A DNA stretch of 64,000 nt. Origin: Dudresnaya verticillata (Eukaryota). Made by a program: the position numbers and the translations under genes. The notes below the pieces were generated by a model. That model saw only the letters and a list, made by a program, of their open reading frames with translations, was not told where the DNA came from and ran no database searches. The stretch spans positions 1,240,001 to 1,304,000 of the forward strand of contig OZ374559.1 in assembly GCA_977862235.1 (NCBI GenBank), written 5' to 3'. Of the stretch, positions 56,225 to 64,000 are shown piece after piece. Each line of letters opens with the position of its first letter. Positions within the stretch are counted from its first letter, which is position 1.

Positions 56225-58300
56225 CTTCTTTTGGAACGCTTGCATTTGAGCTTTAGGTCCTTCGATTATTTACGCTATTTGAAACAGAATACGGTCCTTT
56301 CCAACCTTGCAATGAGTGTTTTCTGCCTGCTATACCTGCTTGCGTTCCAACCGCAGTAGGCTTTGCTAGTACGGTCGCCCGTATACAAAAGCCGTGAGTA
56401 CGGTGAGGCTTTTCTTCTTCCATAACTGTTTCTGGAATTCCTCAAAAGCCAAAATCACTCAAGCAAGAGCGAGGGAGAGGAAGCTATTTGGAATGAAATA
56501 ACTAGGCAATAGAATCAGAAATTATTGAACTGCTGGATTCAGGCCCTATGCGGCGTGCTGTTTACAGACTAATCTACTACATGGCTTCGCGGGGGCATCT
56601 ACCTTTATTTTAATCTTAATCCGCATGTAAGAGCGTTGAAGAGCTTGAAGAAAAATTATACTTGGTGCCAGTTGATTCAAGTGACAAATCTCTTCACGTC
56701 TGAAAAGGCTTGACCCAGATTGGGCCTTTCGAACAGGAGTAGTATGATTTAGATACGACATTGGTGTGTTACAGTGGGCCTAAGGTGATTGAACGGAAAG
56801 AAGAGCCCGAGGACTCAATCTTTAGAATGATGGCGTCAGTAAATTCAAGATTTATCACAGCAGCTGCTTCTCTTGCTCAGGAAAGTGATCAGGCAGGGTC
56901 ATGAACATTCAATTGTATTGATGTTTACAAGAAACAGCTTCTGCCCGAAAGGTAGCAGATTTCGAAACGGAATCGTGTTTAGCATTCTTGCCGGTAGTTT
57001 TTGAAGGGAGGGCCGACCGTCCGTTATCCTGGGAATTGTAAAACGTGTTCCGTTCATCTGGGCTAATCTCAGTTTAGTGCTGCGAGCACCTACTGAAAAA
57101 CTGAGTCTGGGGAGTTGTTGACATAATCCAATCGGCGCCAAGTCATCCAGAAAAGTAGTAGATAATGTACAAACCCGTGAAGAGCATTATGGACTCCAAA
57201 CTGGCTAGGAGTACGCACGCGGACTTGTTCTGTAGAACCGGAAGGGATGGGGTACACTTCTTGTTAAGCTGTACTCCCACATCAATTCAAAGCCAATGTC
57301 ATAAAGCCAGCCTCGGATTGAAACGAAGCCTTTTCAAAAGTGTAAACAGCTCAACCTTTCTATCCATCGTAATGGACACATCATTCAAAGGCTTGGAGTC
57401 AGAGTTGTCTGTTTTCTTGTATAGACTAGACTGGCCATGGATTGTATACATCAAGGAATTTGAATGCTTGTGATAACTCTATCTTCTCGATTCACTTAGT
57501 GCATCACAGCACCACTATGAGGCACTTGTCCATTCCGCATTCCATCCTCCAACTCACAACGTTCTATGTCATCAGTCAGCAGAACCTGTCCATAGATCTC
57601 TCGCATATCCTACATTCAAGGACCTATAATTGTGTTCCAAGTGGTTCTTGTAATGCGCTGGCTCGATTCCTTATGGTCTACAAGCCGTGCAAGCCAGTTA
57701 TGTGATGAAACACTGCCTGGCAGAACGGGCTGACAGGTTGAGTTACGTGAACAAACGACCGCTGTCATAGCAAGGTCAATCGATTCATCCCAATGTCGTC
57801 GTTTCCGCTCCTTACCTATCTCTGCTGTCTCAGTTATGGCTGGGTTTCTCTTCTCTGCTACATCTCGCACGTTGGCAACCTTTGTGAACCGTTATACAAT
57901 CACGAAGTAGAATAGAGTAGTTGATGGTCTCGGTTCATCGCCTGAGCATTGATTGCTTCAGTCGAACCGTCCTGACCTGAGCGTTCACTTGTCAAACGCC
58001 TCTCCCCGCACTGACAAAGCTGTACTGTACGTGAATATGTGAACGTCTGTTCCTGCAAGTGAGACTTGTTCGCTACACTATTCCTTGACAGGAAACCTCT
58101 TAATTCCGATGGTTCGCACCGTATCCTTCATCCCGTTTGCCACTGCTCCCTGACTCCTTAGAAAGAACTGCAAAGAAGTCATCTCACTAGCTCGTTCTGC
58201 TGACAATAATAAGGACAGTACTCCCGCCACCAGAGGCTGTTCATAGTACCCACTATGGCATCACATTGCATAGCTCTCGCGCTTGAAAGCGACTGGAAAG
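56225..58300 (-). mobile_element. Decayed LINE, AP-endonuclease-side remnant
   Basis: Minus-strand relics WRRLDYV (~57140-57120) and LPDHFP (~56895-56880), in the order of the APE IDY and SDH motifs. Boundaries approximate. Confidence 0.35.
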
Positions 58301-58474
58301 GAGATGCAACAAGATGGAGGAGAGGATTGTCAGTATCGCAACAATTCTATCCTCATTCCTCCCCGCGTTTCTATGTTTTTTTTCTGCTGTTACCGATTAT
58401 TCTCTTCTTGCAATAGTACTAGTGAATTGTTCCCCTTGCCTTCGCACTAGATAGATATCTCATTGTCGAAACTC

Positions 58475-58482
58475 TATAAATA
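58475..58482 (+). promoter_or_regulatory. Putative TATA box upstream of the La-related gene
   Basis: TATAAATA followed by a pyrimidine-rich leader. Confidence 0.35.
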
Positions 58483-58921
58483 CCGGTCCACTCCGGCCGA
58501 GCTCACCACCAATCTTTTCTTCCTCCTACCAGCAGCGCACCATCTTGACCTCCGCGAACCCCAGGTACTTTCACCTCACTTGGCAAACCATCGCGACTTG
58601 GCTCAGTTATCCTCACCCTACCGGAAGCATAATCTCTTTGTATTCCTTTCGTATTCAAGGCTTTCCTTCAAGATCTGCTCGTTCGGCTTTCATTCTACCT
58701 TTTGCATTCTATCGTGGCAACACTCGTGTTTCGACAGAAATCATCGTCACATACATTCTGCTCCATACGTAGAACTTTCCCTCGTCCGAAGCGCTTCTAT
58801 TCTTGGCTCATGATCTTCACGCCATCTTCACATCATCAAACTGATAGTACATCAGCACAAGACTTCAACAGAGGCATATTATCAGATATCTTTGTCTTCA
58901 GCGAGAATTCTTGAAGCCAAC

Positions 58922-59770
58922 ATGAACAAGTCTATTCAGGATCAAGCAATTTTCTCCATCATCATGACTGTAAACTGGATTCTCAGTCCGTTTCACCTCC
59001 CCACGGATATGGGCCTACGCCAACGTCTGGATGACTTATTTTGGATAGACCTGGATGTTTTGCTGGATACGTGCTCAGAAACCAAGTATACTGAAGAGGC
59101 AAAAGACCGCATTCTCTTTCTTCTGAGCCAGCGTTCGAAGGTCGTATCTGTAGACATAGAAAGGCGAAAGGTTCGGCCATCATGGGCTACTCGATCCATA
59201 CTTGTCCTCGAGAACGTCAGTCCTATTGCTGATGTTCATGACATTTTGTTCCTTCTCGGACAAGGTATGTTCGCCACTGGGTTCTGGAGCCCAGACGGCG
59301 TCAGAGTGATTCCATCGCTGCCTCTTCCCGTCGGGTTACACGGCATCTCTCAGATTGCGCCCACTGTATGGATAGCAGTTTTTGAGGAGGTGTGGGATGC
59401 AGAAGAGGCCTTGCCGTACACGAACGGAAGGGTGATGCTTGGACATACTACTCAGGCGTATGTTCATGAAGAAGTTCCGTGGGACTCGGTTGAGAACAGG
59501 CGGCACGTGTGCCCCCAACACGACCTAATGTGCCGTTATCGGCCAGACTTTGTGGAGGTTTTGCGAAAAGCTCAGGAGCAAGCGGCTATGTCCATTCGCC
59601 AAGGACAGAAAGAGTCGATGGCTGAACCAGCAATTCTCCCAGAAGGTGTGAGGAATGAGAGAGGTAGAAAGAGGAATGCAAGACAAAGAAGGGAAGGGAC
59701 GGGTTGGAAGGGGAGAAGGAGTAGGGTCCGTACACGCTCCCCGAGAACGGTTCAGATGGCAATGAATTAG
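58922..59770 (+). CDS. Divergent La-related protein (La motif + RRM, LARP4-like), 282 aa
   Basis: VNWILSPFHLPTDMGLRQRLDDLFWIDL resembles the La motif; VSVDIERRKVRPSWATRSILVLENV and WIAVFEEVWDAEEAL resemble the LARP4 LaM-RRM module; Arg-rich tail. First ATG at 58922. Confidence 0.72.
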   Translation: MNKSIQDQAIFSIIMTVNWILSPFHLPTDMGLRQRLDDLFWIDLDVLLDTCSETKYTEEAKDRILFLLSQRSKVVSVDIERRKVRPSWATRSILVLENVSPIADVHDILFLLGQGMFATGFWSPDGVRVIPSLPLPVGLHGISQIAPTVWIAVFEEVWDAEEALPYTNGRVMLGHTTQAYVHEEVPWDSVENRRHVCPQHDLMCRYRPDFVEVLRKAQEQAAMSIRQGQKESMAEPAILPEGVRNERGRKRNARQRREGTGWKGRRSRVRTRSPRTVQMAMN

Positions 59771-60499
59771 AGGCCTTGTTAATCTATGATCCTCTTGAAG
59801 AGCTGTGCTGTGTTTCCTGTAATCACACAACAAATCGTTTGATAAAAGTTCGGTTTATTGGTTTGTTAAGTATGCGACTTTGTTTGTCGGAAGGGCGTGG
59901 CGGCATTGCGCTTGAACATGCGAAGTCGGAAGGTCGAGCCAATGGTACAGTCTGCAATAGAATTTCTTTGCTACCCTCTGGTGCCATACTACAGAAAACG
60001 CCTGTCCCGCTTCCTGGCATGCCGAGCAAACTATTTTTTCCTCCCGATTGTGTCCTGTCCCTCAAGGCAAGCCATGGATTAACACCCGCTCTAACGCACA
60101 CTCCTCCATATCTTGCGCAATGGTAAATGGCGTAACGTTCTGAACGGGCGTTGCCCTGCCTGTACAGTGTTTCAATACAGCTATATTAGTTGTTTGACAT
60201 ACAGGATATATGTTCTATACATTTTCTTCCTTGTTGAACCATCCAAGTGCAAATTCACAGAAACAGTTACTGTATCCTTGTCATATAAGAAATCACTTGA
60301 ATACCGTGTATGCTTAGTTGTCAAGGAAAGGGTAAGTGTGATAGATTATCTCCAGTATTAGCTAGCTGGGTATAAATGGAGGCATAGAGTAGTGCCTCTG
60401 GTAAACTAGGTATCTGATCACGGACACAGTGAATAGATCTACCATTTGAACCAAAACCTACGAAAGAGTGTGTCGACAGAGTGACCTATAACTTCTCTA

Positions 60500-62100
60500 A
60501 ACCTGCACCGCTTCTCTGTTCCACTGTTTTCCCCAGCCCTCGACCCCCGGACTACCTCGAACACCTCCTCTCCGCCTACGGACTGTGTTATCCAACGCAC
60601 TACGCAGCACGCAGAGAAGAAGCCTTAGCAGGATTAAGAATGTTGGGCTCGAAGGGATCTTTTCGTTCCAGCCATTTGGTTTTCCAAGTGAGTTGGTACA
60701 ACCCGCGGGTCCCTATCCGCGAACATCTGTTGTCGAAGATGAATCATCTTTCAGGCGCACCACGAATCACTGCCGGACGAACGCCAGCACCTTATTTTCC
60801 ATGACGAGCGATGGTAGAACTGAAAAATGTGAACGATGGCGCTCCTAGCCATGCGGGAAAGGGCAAGTCGAGGCTGAACGCGGCTCAGACATGTTTCGTT
60901 CCGCGCACATATTTACAAGGGCCAGACTGTCTGTCTATAAACGTGTGACCAAGCACAGTTGTTCCTACCGAAATTTAGCAGCTTCTTGTAGTAATCCGTG
61001 GTGAAGTGCATTGAGATGGCTAGATTGTGTTCGTATCGGCGAAAAAGGCATATTAGCGAACACGCTATCGCAGTTGTTGTGTAACTATTCTGTGTGAAAA
61101 GGACTTTCCACATGTCTTCCATTGAAGGTGGAAAGCACTTTACACATGCCTTCCAATGTAGGATTGCGTTGGGAGGCATTTTCGCTGAGACGAAAGAAAG
61201 GTTCTGGATTGCGGCGGGCTGAGGCAGGACGAAGCAGAGCGTGGGTCAGGTACTGTAGTCTGGTGGCGGAAAGCTGACTCAACTGAACAACTAGTGCTGG
61301 ACAGATTAGAAAGCACAGTAGATATATGGCACAAGTGCACTATGTGTTATCTGTAGTAGGCTGACGGAGACCAGAACGAGTTAAGGTCTGGGACTGTAAC
61401 CGACATTTAGACTTTGCATAAGATCTGGTAGATAGAAGTGCACTATCACATGACGGGAGCTAGTCCTCCAGAAACCCCGTTAGAAAGGTCGGGCAATAGC
61501 CCTCCCTTTAAGGAACTGCCACATATATAACTTTCTGCAACCCATCCTGTAACTGTAAGACTCTGTGGGGGCATATACCTACATGTATAGGGCTCCAATT
61601 CAGGCGGGGGTGGCTATGCAAATAGCTATAGCTTAGTGGACAAAGACTTAGCTTTTGCGCACATTTGGTTGCCTGGAGCAGTAGTTCATACAACTTTTCG
61701 TAGTTGTCAATCCTTTTCTGTATACGTTTGGATAAGGAAATAGCCAAGATTTTTCTCGGTCATAACAAGGATAGTAATGAAGGCTCTTGATTGCTAGCCA
61801 GTGACCAGTTGTTGCAATTGTTTCAGCCGAAACACCCCCGCAAAACGCATGCAACACTCCGCATATCCGGGCGGAATGCAATGTGAACTTTCCTCGGAAC
61901 CCGCAATCAGTTACAGTCTGGCGTGGCTTCGTGGAATATGGGGTGTAGGGAATAGGGAAGACGAGGTCTCCTGTTCTTGATAGGGATGTTGACACCTCAA
62001 GACATGCCGAAAAAGCCTTATCGCGATACTAAATCCAAATGAAGCCATCCGAAACTCTGTTGACAATTGTCGGTACCTGGGAAAAGCTCTGTTAATAGCT
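60500..62100 (-). mobile_element. Decayed LINE RT remnant
   Basis: Relics CGFRG (~61900), YD (~61765) and AVP*G (~61515), in RT motif order. Confidence 0.4.
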
Positions 62101-62134
62101 GTAGCCTGTGGGCCATCACCCGAACTGAAATCAG

Positions 62135-64000
62135 ATCATCATCATCACAACTTTATTGAAGCAAGACAAAAAGCGGAAAACCCTAGTGACTTAGCCGCTG
62201 ATGTCTACTGGAAGGCCTGGACTAAGTGGACATCTTCGATTCACGGCGAGGGCGGTAAGCTGGAGAATGCAGGAAACCAGTGGTGAAACTAACGAATGGT
62301 GTTCAGTTGTAGGATTTGTCCCCCGACGGGTGGCCAGGAAAGCAGCGAGCTTCTGAAGTGCAGAACGACATTATTGGCCAATGCCAAGGTGAATGTCAAA
62401 GCCCATCGGCTGAAACGTAATAGAATGTGCCGCACAAGCGGTGTGGTACTTGCGATGCTTGTCCCGTTCAGCGACTTGGGCGGCCCCTGCACGAGTTACA
62501 GCTTCCTTGGACACAGCGCGAGCAGTAGAGTGAGCAACAATAGTAACGCCATTACCAAGCAATATGCAGGAATCAGAAAAGGAAGGATCATCCAACACCA
62601 AGTCCAATCGTCGAAGATCGTCCTGGAAACGAAAAGACAGCTCTCTCGTTACAGAAAGCCCGATAGACGGGTGAAGGAGACGAGAAAAAAGGAGATCCCT
62701 AATAGAATTGTGACGACGAGTTGACCCGTGGGCACAGGGACATGTCGAAGCATGATACCCACACGGTCTAGGGAAACCACCGAAATCAGATTTAGATAAA
62801 AGTATAACATCACTAGAACTGCCCTGATCTAACATGTCAGAACAATTTCCAAGGTAGGAAGACTTTCTTTTCTCGTCTGACATATGTCTTTGCTCCGGTT
62901 CTAATGGCTTGTTTTCTTACGAATGAGTCGGAACGCCTTCGACAGGGTGACGTGTAACATATGTAGCCGAACGCATTTTGTGGAGAACTTAAGGGCATGA
63001 TAGAAAATGCATAGCCGGCCCTCCCAATTCCTGCAACGTCTCATCCAACACGATTAAACCAAAACAACGAAACATTAATATCCAGGTGTTCGACAAAGCG
63101 CCAACATATTTCTGCACTGTCGTAACTTCTCAGCCTTTAGACACGACAAGCTAAGCATATCGTCAGCAGGCTTAAGTTTCAAATCGCTGCTTCAGCACAC
63201 GGCGTTCGTAGCATTAAAACAGGTCATCGAATGTTGGTTTGTTCCCGAGCATACCGTCAGCTTTCCGACAAAACGTCTGGTTGAGGTCCGCAGTTTGGCT
63301 TGTACCACAGCAAACAAGCTTGAAGAATTACGTATAGTCAAAAACAGCTAAGCCAATGTGAGCAGTAAAGTGCAATGTAACAGAATCTGTGACGGTTCCT
63401 GTAATGAACTCGAAAAGAACCATACCGTGTCCATCAGACGTCATCCAAAGCGAAGTCGAGGAGTAGATGAAGTCGATCAAAATCGCTGTGAGCTGGCAGT
63501 TGCTGAGGAATGCGTGCGCTGCTTGCACAATTTGTTTTGAGATGCGAACATTTAAACGAACATTGCAGAATCTATGAATGTGTGCTGCCCAGTACTTTCG
63601 GCGATCCGCGCGTCTTGCCCGGCACTATCGCATACAGTGTACATCTTCCACGCGGAGTGTGGGGTTGAAACCCAACGGTTGAAAGAACAGCTTGGTTTCT
63701 TCAGATCCTTCCGTTTCGAAGGCCTCAATATCGAAACTCGGTGCAGCGCTACTTCTCCCTTTACAACTCACCGTGTCCTTTTTAATAAGCGTTGCAAGGT
63801 TTCATCTCCTTCAGAATATTCATTTGAAGTACTTGAGTACGACTCGAGAGACCAGGTGCCATCGCTTCCGGTTTTTAGGTTCGCATCTTGCCCGAGTCCC
63901 CAAAACGTCTTGAATAATGGCGGCCCGCAAAGTGCAGATCGAGATGGAGAAGGTATTTAAGAAGGTTGATGAGGGGCTCTCCCACTTTGAAGAGCTGTGG
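62135..64000 (-). mobile_element. 3' part of a CRE/R2-type non-LTR retrotransposon with restriction-like endonuclease, running off the window
   Basis: ORF 62371-62883: C..HGSTRRHNSIRDLL, RLDLV, VT, AERDKHRKY...C...FQPMGFD..G (RLE signature). Ends AATAAAGTTGT(GAT)n. Confidence 0.75.

Overview
Eukaryotic, transposon-dense window. The intronless genes and element types suggest a red alga, but that is inference only. The centre is a nest of mobile elements. A two-ORF PIF/Harbinger-group DNA transposon (25555-56221; 14-bp TIRs, ATT target duplication) has its transposase split in frame by a 27.2-kb Ty3/Gypsy chromovirus composite (28169-55404; matched 912-bp LTRs, ACGTG TSD). That composite holds parts of three related copies in inverted orientation. 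Both copies that retain a 3' end carry a conserved ~770-780-codon ORF of unknown function, antisense to pol, between pol and the 3' LTR. This ORF and the LTR U3 have diverged far more than pol, as if they form one exchangeable module. Both pol copies share the same in-frame TAA in RNase H. The flanks contain a 5'-truncated LINE nested in a decayed CRE-like element, other LINE/CRE remnants, two convergent paralogous secreted-protein genes, a divergent DCP2-like Nudix gene and a divergent LARP4-like La-motif/RRM gene. I found no rRNA, tRNA or CRISPR array.
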